Assembly: GCA_965237835.1 (NCBI GenBank)
Contig: OZ250160.1
Location: 2,530,146 to 2,594,145, forward strand
Source of the DNA: Candidatus Poribacteria bacterium
Lineage (GTDB): Bacteria; Poribacteria; WGA-4E; WGA-3G
Direction of reading: 5' to 3'
DNA: 64,000 bases
Positions 39,390 through 49,399 of the stretch are shown here, piece after piece. Made by a program: the position numbers and the translations under genes. Below the pieces are notes generated by a model. That model saw only the letters and a program-made list of their open reading frames with translations, did no database searches and was not told the origin of the DNA. The stretch's first letter is position 1; each line of letters begins with the position of its first letter.

Positions 39390-40181
39390 GTGCAATCATA
39401 CCAAAGAATTATGACCAAACTTGAAGTATTGAATTTATCTCATACATTCGTCCAAAATAACGTACGTCTGCCAGTGTTAAACAATTTACACTTTTCAGTT
39501 GGTACAGGGCAGTTTATTGCCTTGCTTGGTCCCTCCGGCTGTGGCAAAAGCACGTTGTTCAATATCATCTCTGGGCTGCTGAGACTACAAGACGGGGCAA
39601 TTTATTTGAATGGGAACCCTATTCTGGGTCGTACAGGTGTGTTCGGATATATGCAACAAAAAGATCTTCTTTTACAGTGGCGAACAGTATTAAATAACGT
39701 TCTCATCGGACCAGAAATTCAGAAAGAACCCCTTGAGCCCGCCAGGAAGGAAGCACTAAAATTATTAACCCAGCTTGGATTGCAAGGGTTTGCCAATAGT
39801 TATCCGATGCAACTTTCAGGAGGTATGCGTCAACGTGTTGCATTGGTCCGGACACTCCTTTTCCGAAAAGATATTCTGCTTTTAGATGAACCGTTTGGCG
39901 CACTGGATGCAATGACCCGTAGTGTGATGCAATCCATTTTTTTAGATATTTGGAATAAAGGTGGTCAAACTATCCTATTGATAACCCACGATATAGAAGA
40001 AGCACTCCTGCTCGCGGATAAGATATATGTTTTAACTTCAAGACCCGCATCTATAAAAGCAGAGATTGATGTCTCATTGCCGCGTCCCCGATGCATAACT
40101 GATACGGAGTTAATCAGTTTGAAAAGCGATTTGTTTGAGACGTTAATGGTAGAAATGCAACAAGTATTTCATCCCGATTAA
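39390..40181 (+). CDS. ABC transporter ATP-binding protein (NitT/TauT-like)
   Basis: Walker A GPSGCGKST, signature LSGGMRQRVAL, Walker B LLLDEPFGALD. Confidence 0.85.
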   Translation: MQSYQRIMTKLEVLNLSHTFVQNNVRLPVLNNLHFSVGTGQFIALLGPSGCGKSTLFNIISGLLRLQDGAIYLNGNPILGRTGVFGYMQQKDLLLQWRTVLNNVLIGPEIQKEPLEPARKEALKLLTQLGLQGFANSYPMQLSGGMRQRVALVRTLLFRKDILLLDEPFGALDAMTRSVMQSIFLDIWNKGGQTILLITHDIEEALLLADKIYVLTSRPASIKAEIDVSLPRPRCITDTELISLKSDLFETLMVEMQQVFHPD

Positions 40182-40256
40182 GGCAGGATATATTATTGGT
40201 TGCTTATGCAGTAACATATTAATCCTATGATTTTCTGTTTTGAAGGAGATATTTTT

Positions 40257-41354
40257 TTGAAAAAGAAGTTTAATTTCTTAGCAATTATTCTAATATTTTT
40301 ATTTACAATCTCTATGATAGGGTGTGGAGAAGGTAACACGGTTGAAATTGAATCTGTGGATCCACCTGATGGCAGTACTATACCTACTGAGGCAACGATT
40401 ACGATTAGTTTTAGTAAAATTCCACAGAGCCTTACGGTTTCGGAAGGAAAAGCAACTACATCTGATAGGATTGTAACTATAGTCGGACCTTTCACATTAG
40501 GGAAACTTGAAATAGAAGTTACTTGGGAAGATGGAAATCACACACTTACTTTCACCGTAGAAAACCGAGTAGCGGAATCTACTGTCCTCGCAGATATGGC
40601 ACTAATTCCTCAAGGAGAATTTCAGTTAGGCAGCATCAGCGGAGAAGCAGGGACTGTTGAACAACCTGGACATACGGTATTCCTTGATGCATTCTATATT
40701 GACAAATATGAAGTGACGAATATAGAATATAAAAAATTCGTTGATGCTAACCCAAATTGGCAAAAAGATAATATTGACAGCAAATTTCATGATGGCAATT
40801 ACCTTGTGAATTGGTCTGAAAATACCTATCCAAGTGAAAAAGCAGACCACCCTGTTATTTATGTGAGTTGGTATGCTGCATCGGCGTATGCTACTTGGGT
40901 AGGGAAACGTCTACCGACTGAGGCAGAATGGGAAAAAGCGGCCCGTGGCGGTGTTGAAGGGCAAAAGTATCCATGGGGAAATGCTATAGATAATAGCAAT
41001 GCAAACTACAGTCTCAATATTGGACTTGGTGGAAATACAACTCCAGTAGGTGATTATCCTGCTAACGGGTATGAATTATATGATATAGTTGGGAATGTTT
41101 TGGAATGGTGTCTTGATAAATATGACAAAGATTATTATACTGATCCTCCCCAAAGCAATCCGATTGTGGGTGCCGATAGTGTTAGTGAAATTGCAGATAG
41201 TTTTATGGATATTACAGATTCACGCGCAATACGGGGTGGTTCCTGGGGTGAAAGTGGTCAACCACGCGTGTGGATTACTTACCGCCGCGGGAACGAACCT
41301 GCACGTACAAGTCGTCTTATAGGATTTCGTTGTGCGAAATCAGTAACACCTTAA
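40257..41354 (+). CDS. Formylglycine-generating enzyme (FGE/SUMF1) family lipoprotein with N-terminal Ig-like region
   Basis: FGE-sulfatase blocks VTNIEYKKFVDANP, VSWYAASAYATWVGKRLPTEAEWEKAARGG, RGGSW. Likely TTG start at 40257 after AAGGAG. Lipobox MIGC. Confidence 0.8.
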   Translation: MKKKFNFLAIILIFLFTISMIGCGEGNTVEIESVDPPDGSTIPTEATITISFSKIPQSLTVSEGKATTSDRIVTIVGPFTLGKLEIEVTWEDGNHTLTFTVENRVAESTVLADMALIPQGEFQLGSISGEAGTVEQPGHTVFLDAFYIDKYEVTNIEYKKFVDANPNWQKDNIDSKFHDGNYLVNWSENTYPSEKADHPVIYVSWYAASAYATWVGKRLPTEAEWEKAARGGVEGQKYPWGNAIDNSNANYSLNIGLGGNTTPVGDYPANGYELYDIVGNVLEWCLDKYDKDYYTDPPQSNPIVGADSVSEIADSFMDITDSRAIRGGSWGESGQPRVWITYRRGNEPARTSRLIGFRCAKSVTP

Positions 41355-41576
41355 ACCTTTGCATAAGTATTCCTAATTTCCTTGAGATTGATAGTAGAAT
41401 CTGAAAATATACGGATGTCTATATGTGGGATCACAAAGGACGCAATTAGTGATGTCTCAATAATTATAAATAGTTTGGGAAATATTGCTGGATAGGTTTC
41501 AAAACGACTAAGTTAGATTAATTTGCTAATGCTCAAAATGAATCTGAATAAATTTCTAATCAGAAAGGATTAAGTT

Positions 41577-42557
41577 ATGACAAAATGTGCACTTATCAGT
41601 GGTAGAGGAATGGGTATGATGCATGGTGGTAACTTCCACAATCATCCGGATGCGGAGGTTGTTGCTGTTTGTGAAATGGATCCCAGTGTCCTTGAGAAAG
41701 CCAAGGAACACTTTGGTGTTCCAGGATATTTATCTATTGAAGAGTTGTTAGCCAACTGTGATGCTGAACTCGTTCTCCTGATTGTCAACGAAACACGCCG
41801 TATCCCACCGTTACGTGAGTTAATTGAAGGCAGTCGTAATGTATTTACAGAAAAACCGCTTTGCGGGTTAGAAGGACAAGCTCGCGTTCGAGAAGAGGAT
41901 CTCAAGATTGCTGCACCTGCGATTGCAGAGTGGCGAGACTCTGATCTAAAATTCGGCATTGACTTCAATTATCGGTTTATGCACCATTTCAAAAAACTCC
42001 ATGACGATGTGGCAGAAGGTGGGTTAGGCGAGATCCGCATGGTTCATGCCCGCGCGCACTTCAACTGCTGGTCGCATATCATTGACTTGATTCTTTGGAC
42101 GGTGGGAAGACCAGAGTGGGTGAGTGTTGTTGGCGATCCGAATGCGTCTGGCGGTTGGGCACGCTTAATCCATATTGGTTGGGAAAACGGAGTAATCGGT
42201 ACACTGAGCGGAACAAATCTGTGGGGTTATGACGACCATCCGCTCCGAATCAAGGTTCTTGGTGACAAGTCCTATGCTGAAGCACGGGGTTTAGACGGTC
42301 ATTACTTGCGTCGTAAGGCGAATAACTCTGAAGTTGAAGAACGTTGGGAAAACGAACAAGGTAATCCTGAGATGCCGCAATCTTTCAAAAGAATGGCTGA
42401 TGGTGTGATTAAAGCGATGCAGGCGAATCAACCATTTCCTGCAGATGGAAATGCTGCATGGAATGAACTTCTGTTTGAAGCTGCAGTTCACCGATCTGCA
42501 TTGCAGGATAATGCGCGTGTTTTTCTGGCAGATGTTGAAGCAGACGCATTTGCTTAA
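41577..42557 (+). CDS. Gfo/Idh/MocA-like oxidoreductase
   Basis: N-terminal Rossmann fold ALISGRGMGMMHGGNF...AEVVAVCE, about 330 aa. Confidence 0.65.
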   Translation: MTKCALISGRGMGMMHGGNFHNHPDAEVVAVCEMDPSVLEKAKEHFGVPGYLSIEELLANCDAELVLLIVNETRRIPPLRELIEGSRNVFTEKPLCGLEGQARVREEDLKIAAPAIAEWRDSDLKFGIDFNYRFMHHFKKLHDDVAEGGLGEIRMVHARAHFNCWSHIIDLILWTVGRPEWVSVVGDPNASGGWARLIHIGWENGVIGTLSGTNLWGYDDHPLRIKVLGDKSYAEARGLDGHYLRRKANNSEVEERWENEQGNPEMPQSFKRMADGVIKAMQANQPFPADGNAAWNELLFEAAVHRSALQDNARVFLADVEADAFA

Positions 42558-43168
42558 ACAGATTATTGGTACGTCAAATCACACGCTAAACGCTATAATT
42601 GCATTTGGCGTGTGATTTGACGGCTTGAAACCACTCTTACCCACCCTAAAATCACTCTAAGTTCTCACCTCTAAAGGAGCGACCTCCCAGTCGCTACTTT
42701 CTCATTAAAATTCTAAAAATTGCAACTATGGTCCGTATAAAAATAAGTAGAAACTTATTTACTTGACCTGTACGCGCGCAGATTCACAGTGCATCGTTCA
42801 TTGCAAAGTCTGTAATAGATTCTGCAAATTTACTTGTGTGATGAAGAGGCATTAAGTGTGTCACTGCTTGTGGTTCTAAACCAAACTTTATTGAAAAATT
42901 ATATTTTCATGTGTTGCTAAAGTAAACCCTTTTAATATTGTTATCGTTTCCTAGTCCAGAATCATGATTCTTTCGAGTTATTGCTTTCTGCAGAAAAGCA
43001 ATACGAGTTGTGGCAAGTTAGCAAAATAATTTTCAAATAGTCTGTAGACAGGTTCTGAAGTTCGTCTATTCACACATTAGATAAGAAAGAACATAGAACC
43101 TCCTTAAATAAACACAAAAGTCAACAGGCTGATAACTACTAAATATACACAACCTAAGGGAGTTTATC

Positions 43169-45256
43169 ATGGAAAAGCAAATTTTGAACCAAAAAATCGA
43201 CATGTTCATTTTCTGGATAGTATTACTCATAATTGGTATACAAAATATAGGTTATGCGGAACTGGAGTTCACAGAAGGTGATACAACCACTCGCGAAATA
43301 GAAGAAAATACGCCTGCCAGCACAAACATTGGAGCATCATTGAGATATACTGCAGAGGGAGTCAATAGCTGCTCCCGTGTGATACTTCGTGGTCCGGATG
43401 CAAGGGCATTCGACGTTGACCGTGTCTTTCGCGGCATACAGTTGAAAACCAAATCCGCATTGGACTATGAGACCAAGGACTCCTATGAAGTGAAGGTCAT
43501 CATCTCAGCTTCAGTTGGAGGCAGCAGGGACGCAATCACCGTGACTATTACGGTGACGGATGTCAACGAAGCACCGATGTTTGCTGAGGCGAGTGATGGC
43601 GGGAACCGTATTTACCGCTCAATCCCAGAAAATACAGCGGTAGGCACAAACATCGGAGATCCAGTGTCGGCGATCGATCCTGATGGCTCCGAAGTCGCCT
43701 TGACATACAGCCTGAGTGGCATGAACGCGGATATGTTTGGGATTGACAGTACTACGGGACAGTTGAAAACCTCCGCCCCACTCAACTATGAGGCTTTCGC
43801 CAACGAGCCGCGTGCCTATCTCGTAAGTGTCCGTGTCTTTGATGGTACGATGGATGCTGAAATGGAGGTCAGCATTGCTGTTGAACCTGTAAACGAATTC
43901 GCACCCATGTTTATAGAAGGAGACGCGGCGACCCGCGAGATACACGAAAAAGAAGAGGGAGGCGCGAATATTGGGGTGCCTGTCTCAGCGACAGATATGG
44001 ACATCGGTGAGACTTTAGAATACAGCCTCACCGATGCCGATCTGGATGTATTTGAGATTGATAGTGGTACGGGTCAGTTGAGAACTAAGGCTGCACTGGA
44101 TTATCAAACCAAGCCAGTCCATACGGTGAAAGTAGTGGTCTCGGATGGTACTCGGATCGACAGCATTTTGGTTACTATTAATGTTTTGACTGATGTTGTG
44201 GAAGTGCCAGATCCAGTCTTGGCGAGGATGATTCGTAGAAAACTCGGCTTGCGGGCAGGTGCCGATATCACAAAGAAGGCGATGTTAGAATTAACGACAC
44301 TGAATGCCAACAGAGGCAGGCCAGAGATAAATATTATCACTGGATTGGAACACGCGACGAACCTGACGACGTTACTTCTCGATTACAATAGCATCAACGA
44401 CCTCACGCCACTTACCGGTCTGACGAACCTGATAACGCTACGTATTGATGGTAATCGTGTCGATAGAATTATGCCGCTTGCGGGTTTGACGAATCTGACG
44501 ACGCTACATCTCGCGGACAATCGGATAGGTTATCTTGAACCGCTTGTGGGTCTGACGAATCTCACAGATTTACGCCTCGAATTCAATCGAATAGACGATA
44601 TCACATCACTTGATGGTTTAACCAACCTAAAGACGTTACATCTGGCGCAGAATACCCGACTTACGGATGTCAGTCCCCTCGCAGGGTTAGTTAGTCTTGA
44701 AACTTTAACACTCGCAGGATGTCCGATTGAGGATTTTACGCCGCTTGCTGATCTCACGGCAGATATTGATGTTCTAGGAGGATCTGCTCCGGCGGCGAAC
44801 CGAAACGGAATCAATGTTCTTCTGGATCCGGTAGTGCTTAAGAAATTAGATAGAAAAGCACTTCAGGGACTGCTGCAAAGGTTGCATACTGTAAGCAACG
44901 GGTCTCTGAAGTACCGTGAAATGATTGCTTTGATTGGAAAAATTTTGAAATCAAAACGTCCAAACAAAACAACGCTGCTTGCTAACTATCCGAACCCGTT
45001 CAACCCGGAGACGTGGATACCGTATCATCTCGCACACGGCAGTGATGTGCGGATCGATATTTTTGATACGCACGGCACCGTCATCCGGCATTTAGAGTTG
45101 GGACATCAATCGGCAGGCTATTATACCAATAGGAACGATGCAGCATACTGGGATGGTCTCAATGATTCCGGTGAACATGTTACGACTGGGATATATTTCT
45201 ATCAGCTGCAAGCAGACAATGTGTCCCCAATGCGCAAAATGGTTATCCTCAAATAG
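43169..45256 (+). CDS. Secreted cadherin-repeat and leucine-rich-repeat protein with a T9SS-type (Por) C-terminal sorting domain
   Basis: Cadherin motifs VTDVNEAPMF and VEPVNEFAPMF. LRR run LTNLTTLHLADNRIGYLEPLVGLTNLTDLRLEFNRI. C-terminus NYPNPFNPETWIPYHL...IDIFDTHG...WDGLNDSGEHVTTGIYFYQL matches the TIGR04183-like consensus. Confidence 0.75.
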   Translation: MEKQILNQKIDMFIFWIVLLIIGIQNIGYAELEFTEGDTTTREIEENTPASTNIGASLRYTAEGVNSCSRVILRGPDARAFDVDRVFRGIQLKTKSALDYETKDSYEVKVIISASVGGSRDAITVTITVTDVNEAPMFAEASDGGNRIYRSIPENTAVGTNIGDPVSAIDPDGSEVALTYSLSGMNADMFGIDSTTGQLKTSAPLNYEAFANEPRAYLVSVRVFDGTMDAEMEVSIAVEPVNEFAPMFIEGDAATREIHEKEEGGANIGVPVSATDMDIGETLEYSLTDADLDVFEIDSGTGQLRTKAALDYQTKPVHTVKVVVSDGTRIDSILVTINVLTDVVEVPDPVLARMIRRKLGLRAGADITKKAMLELTTLNANRGRPEINIITGLEHATNLTTLLLDYNSINDLTPLTGLTNLITLRIDGNRVDRIMPLAGLTNLTTLHLADNRIGYLEPLVGLTNLTDLRLEFNRIDDITSLDGLTNLKTLHLAQNTRLTDVSPLAGLVSLETLTLAGCPIEDFTPLADLTADIDVLGGSAPAANRNGINVLLDPVVLKKLDRKALQGLLQRLHTVSNGSLKYREMIALIGKILKSKRPNKTTLLANYPNPFNPETWIPYHLAHGSDVRIDIFDTHGTVIRHLELGHQSAGYYTNRNDAAYWDGLNDSGEHVTTGIYFYQLQADNVSPMRKMVILK

Positions 45257-45459
45257 TATCAAATGACCATTTTCCTATGGGCGCGGTTTCATGAAGATTA
45301 AGAATTTAAGTTGGGTTCAAGCTCGAATTACCTAATTTATTTTTTAATCTTCATCCAACCGTGCCCATTTTTCTAAGTAAACTTTCCATTTTTTCTTCAT
45401 AATTGAATACTTTAGAAGTTGACACGGTATTATACCAAATTAACGGGATTTGTCCTATT

Positions 45460-45760
45460 TTCCGGATGGTAAGTGCGGTTTCCGAACCGCACCTTATGCG
45501 TCAATTTAGTGGTCCCCAACCCGGCAGGAGCGGTTTCTAACCGAACCTTTTTGTATCAACATCTCAAATAACGCAAAGGACGAGAATATCAGTGTTCGTA
45601 GTCGCGCAATTCACGCGCCTCTTTTCTTTGAATGTAAGAGGCGCGTGAATTGCGCGACTACAAACGAGTTCTTTCCTTAAATTGACGCTTATGGTGCGGT
45701 TTCCTAGCCGCACTGATAGATTGGAATCAAGTTAATTTGGTATTAGTTTCCCTTTAGTTT
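45460..45760. repeat. Cluster of three REP families (A: GTAG-gtgcggtt..aaccgcac; C: GTAG-tcgcgcaattc..attgcgc; E-type tail)
   Basis: ggtaagtgcggtttccgaaccgcacc, cgtagtcgcgcaattcacgcgcc...ggcgcgtgaattgcgcgactac, ggtgcggtttcctagccgcac. Confidence 0.55.
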
Positions 45761-46216
45761 CTATTTCTGTTCAATGGTTCTCTCTTGTAAGGACGACTTC
45801 CTAAATAAAATGCGCGAAATCTTAAACAAAATTACCCCGTGAAGTTGGTAAAATTCTTTTACATTTCCTGCAAATGGTAGTAAAATAGGGTGAATTTATA
45901 CGCTACAAGGATCTCCAGGAATCTAACTATGGATGTTGAACTACCGAAAGAGAAATATGATCAATTAATCAATGACGGTTACTGTGTCGTTGAACATGTC
46001 TTAAAGGAAGCTATGCTCTCACAACTTAGATCAGTAACCGACGAATTGCTTGACGCACAGACAGATGATGAACGCGATGCACACCGTTCGTCTGGTAGCA
46101 TGATTAGTGTGTATAAACATTCTTTTTTTGCTGAACTGGTAGTTTATCCTGAAGCATTACGGACCCTTGATGCTTTGGGATTTTTGAGACCAAAATGGTC
46201 GTCAGGATATGTCATC

Positions 46217-47669
46217 GGGTGTGTAAAGTTTTTGGCATGAACATCACGCAGCTTTTGTATTTGGATACCAATATCTGTCCCAGGCATCATTCTTCAACAA
46301 ACACCGCCAAGAAAGCACAGCATTGATCCCCGGTTTCTCCCATCTCATAGAAGCTTGTTTGCATCTTTGTCCGACAACATGTTTACATGCACTCTCAATC
46401 ACACCACTTCCAATCTGATACCCCTTTTCCCGAAACTTTTTATACCGCATACGATCAGAATGTTTTTCAAAATACTTCGCTTCTCTTTCTAAGGTTTCAC
46501 ATACTTCCAGGTTTTGAGCAGCTAAGTTTCGGATGCGTGCGACTACTTCTGTGATGTTGCCAGCGTCCAGCAGGGGTTCCACCTCTTTTATCCATTTTCC
46601 GGTAGTTTCTGTTTCAGTCTCTCCGAAGGCGTGTTTGGCAACATTGAACAGATGAGATTTGGCGTGCATATAATCCACAATCTCAACAGCGTTTGGGAAG
46701 TATTTATCAGCTAAGTTCCAAATCCACGCCGCACCATCTCCGATAAAGACAATCTCCTGGTTTGTTATAGTTTCTTTATAGATACCAATGTTCGTTGCTA
46801 ACGCAAACAACTCCTTACCAAAGTGTTCCGCATCAGAACGACTGGCAATATACCGGATGCTTGATGTTCTGGCACTCGGTGTCGCATCAGAACCGTGTTG
46901 TGGATAGTCTTTGTAAATACAGCCAACTTTCACCTCATGCCACCCATCAGGTGAGTTCGTGTGGCACCCATCACAACTCACATACCACCGCTGATTGTCT
47001 TCAAGCGTTTGTGTTTCCACCTGTTCTGGCACACACAACGCTTCTGACCATTCACCCACTTTTTGATGCAGTGTCGTGTGGCTGACTTCTATCCCCTGAC
47101 GCGACAACTCCTCAGAGGCTTCTCTAAAGTCAAGACGCGCGGCCAAGCGACACATCGCTTCTGCCACACGACGCGTGTATTGTCCACGCAACTTTTGCTT
47201 AGCATCCCACGGCACATAGGTATGTCCAAGAGCACAACGATACACCCAACGCTCAACACTAATAACGCCACAAAGCGTCGTGAAATGTCGCTCTCTCAGA
47301 CGCAACGGACGACATGCTCGGCGACACTCAGGACATTCAATAGGTTCACGGACTTTCTCACCAGCCTCTTTAGAGATGCACATCTCTAAAAGCCTTTGTT
47401 CCCACGAACGAACCGCTTCAGATACAAGAACCTCCGCATCTTCTAACGATACACACCCCTCTGAGGTGATGTCTCTCACAAGATCGTTCACTTCTTCTAC
47501 AAACTTGTTCGCTTCTTCTCTAAACTCATTGATTTCACAACTTTTTAATGATATACTAAACATTGGTATCCTCCTTGATAAATGGAAGTTTTAGGAAGGA
47601 TACCATTTTTATGAATATATCGCAAGTTCTCCACTCAAATCACATTCATGCCAAAAACTTTACACACCC
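46217..47669 (-). mobile_element. Intact IS element (ISKra4-like) with 25-bp perfect terminal inverted repeats and a 9-bp target-site duplication TATGTCATC
   Basis: The left end gggtgtgtaaagtttttggcatgaa equals the reverse complement of the right end ttcatgccaaaaactttacacaccc. tatgtcatc is duplicated at both junctions. Confidence 0.75.
46244..47563 (-). CDS. Transposase (ISKra4-like family, DDE type)
   Basis: 439-aa ORF filling the IS, with N-terminal Zn-finger-like CPECRRAC...C..C and a DDE-like core (IVFIGDGAAWIWN...DYMHAKSHL). Confidence 0.6.
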   Translation of the reverse strand: MFSISLKSCEINEFREEANKFVEEVNDLVRDITSEGCVSLEDAEVLVSEAVRSWEQRLLEMCISKEAGEKVREPIECPECRRACRPLRLRERHFTTLCGVISVERWVYRCALGHTYVPWDAKQKLRGQYTRRVAEAMCRLAARLDFREASEELSRQGIEVSHTTLHQKVGEWSEALCVPEQVETQTLEDNQRWYVSCDGCHTNSPDGWHEVKVGCIYKDYPQHGSDATPSARTSSIRYIASRSDAEHFGKELFALATNIGIYKETITNQEIVFIGDGAAWIWNLADKYFPNAVEIVDYMHAKSHLFNVAKHAFGETETETTGKWIKEVEPLLDAGNITEVVARIRNLAAQNLEVCETLEREAKYFEKHSDRMRYKKFREKGYQIGSGVIESACKHVVGQRCKQASMRWEKPGINAVLSWRCLLKNDAWDRYWYPNTKAA

Positions 47670-48233
47670 TATGTCATCAGCAAACCCGCTCAGAGTCCAC
47701 CCCTCTTTTGGCATCAGGATTGGTGGGGTTGGAACGACCCGTGCAGCTACACAGCATTACCCCAGCAGCTATTTTTGATGTATTATCTGGTTGACACAAC
47801 ACCATATAACGGATGCCTTCGCGTAATAAAAGGTTCGCACCTTAAGCGGCATCCACTCCATGATATATTGCCAAACGCACATGGTGCGGAACTGCAGCGT
47901 GTGGAAAATCCGAACCATCCCGTATTTCAGCATTTCCCTGATGAGGTAGACATAATCGTAAATGCTGGTGACCTCGTTATCGGTGATTCTCGCCTGTTGC
48001 ATGCCTCACACGGCAATCAATCTGATGAACACCGCACAGTCATAACGCTTTGGTATCACCCGTTTTTCGCGCTATTACCGGCAGGGATGCAAGCACATAT
48101 AGGTAGGCTTAGACAGAGTCTCGCTTGGACAGATGCAGATTGGGAACGGATTGCTGAACTTGTCCCAGTTTTTGAAGGAGATGCTGAACCTATGAAATGG
48201 AATCGAGCACCTGGACCTGAACTGACATAACAA

Positions 48234-48355
48234 CAGGGCTATTTAGTTCTCCGAATATTTAGATTTTCAATCTAAGACTTTCCGCTGTAGGAGCGATCTC
48301 CGAATCGCGACTTTTCGTCTAAAATGGACAAAAAGTCTAAAACTAAATAACCCTG
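48234..48355. mobile_element. MITE-like element family 1 (single copy) with 8-bp TSD CATAACAA
   Basis: TIRs cagggctatttagtt / aactaaataaccctg, flanked by cataacaa on both sides. Confidence 0.65.
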
Positions 48356-48457
48356 CATAACAAGATTTAATTTGAAAGAGATTATATCTCATGATATACT
48401 CTACAGCAAAAAAGTTTTCGGTTTATAGTCGTGACGCCTAAAGAATAGGAGTTTGCC

Positions 48458-49216
48458 ATGCCACAGCCCCCGATTTTTCATACTTATACTTTCGGTGATC
48501 AAGAACGCGAAGAATTAGATCGTGATGGTCATTATGCCCTCCCAGGACTATTGACAGATGATGCTCAGGAACGATTGACAGAATCGTTGGCTCGGATTGA
48601 ATCACTTATACCTGGTTGTAAACAAGGATATGAACCGAACCGATTTTCTGCTGAGTATGATAGTTATCTTGAAAGTCTTATCCCTCATCCCCAAATGCTT
48701 AAACTCGCGCGTGAAGTACTCGGTGAAGATATTCGATACGACCACTGCGTTAGCCTCAATCGCCGGGGTGGCAATGGTGGCATCGGATGGCACAGCCACG
48801 GATACTCAGAAGATGATCCGCGCTACGGTTTTGTCCGCATCTTCTTCTATGTCAACGGATTTGAGGCAAATGATGGTGGTTTGAAGGCAGTCCCTGGAAG
48901 CCATCTGTACCGAGATCCAAAAATTCATGGTGCGACTGATGAGTTGTTGCAAAAAGGATGGTTAGCAGGAAAAACCCATCATGACACGGGTGAACCGTTG
49001 GAAATTGAGGCTTTATCGGTACCACCAGGAACGGTCGTATTGATGTGGACGCATGCGGCACATGCAGTAACACCAAGAAAACAGGATAGCGATACCAGAT
49101 GGACAGTCGTATACGCCTATCGTAAACCCGGTAAAGATGCTGGTGCGCGGTGGATCACTCCAGAATTTGAACGCAAACCTATCCCCGGTGCAGAAGGACT
49201 TATGTCTCTATATTAA
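48458..49216 (+). CDS. Second PhyH-family Fe(II)/2OG dioxygenase (intact)
   Basis: GWHSHGYSEDD, LKAVPGSHL, HAAHAVTPRKQDSDTRWTVVYAY. Confidence 0.7.
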   Translation: MPQPPIFHTYTFGDQEREELDRDGHYALPGLLTDDAQERLTESLARIESLIPGCKQGYEPNRFSAEYDSYLESLIPHPQMLKLAREVLGEDIRYDHCVSLNRRGGNGGIGWHSHGYSEDDPRYGFVRIFFYVNGFEANDGGLKAVPGSHLYRDPKIHGATDELLQKGWLAGKTHHDTGEPLEIEALSVPPGTVVLMWTHAAHAVTPRKQDSDTRWTVVYAYRKPGKDAGARWITPEFERKPIPGAEGLMSLY

Positions 49217-49399
49217 CGTGAGTTCGGTGTCCGAAATAACGTGAGTTTTGGTATAGATCAATACCTTCGCCGCCGACGCCGGACGCGGACGACCCCGCAT
49301 CTATGGTGATCGTTTCAACCCACGACAGATTGACGCAAAATACTGTGTTTCTACCGACATGATCGGGAATCTGAAAACCGAAGTATATCAAATGAAACT

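Larger units (their letters stand above)
45890..48230 (+). pseudogene. Phytanoyl-CoA dioxygenase (PhyH) family Fe(II)/2OG oxygenase gene disrupted by an IS insertion
   Basis: The N-part 45890-46216 and the C-part 47679-48230 join in frame once the IS and one TSD copy are removed (...SGYVI|SKPAQSPPLFWHQDWW...). The C-part carries LRVIKGSH and H..H.N.S motifs. Confidence 0.65.

Noticed and set aside
38514-40181. DUF58-ABC ATPase pair as part of a MoxR-vWA system
   Set aside because: No MoxR AAA+ ATPase gene is adjacent in this window. The ABC ATPase is a transporter component (NitT/TauT-like), not MoxR. Adjacency is likely coincidental.
45260-45890. Prophage or integrative element boundary after the cadherin/T9SS gene
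   Set aside because: No integrase, att-like tRNA, or phage structural genes are present. The region contains only REP-family repeats.
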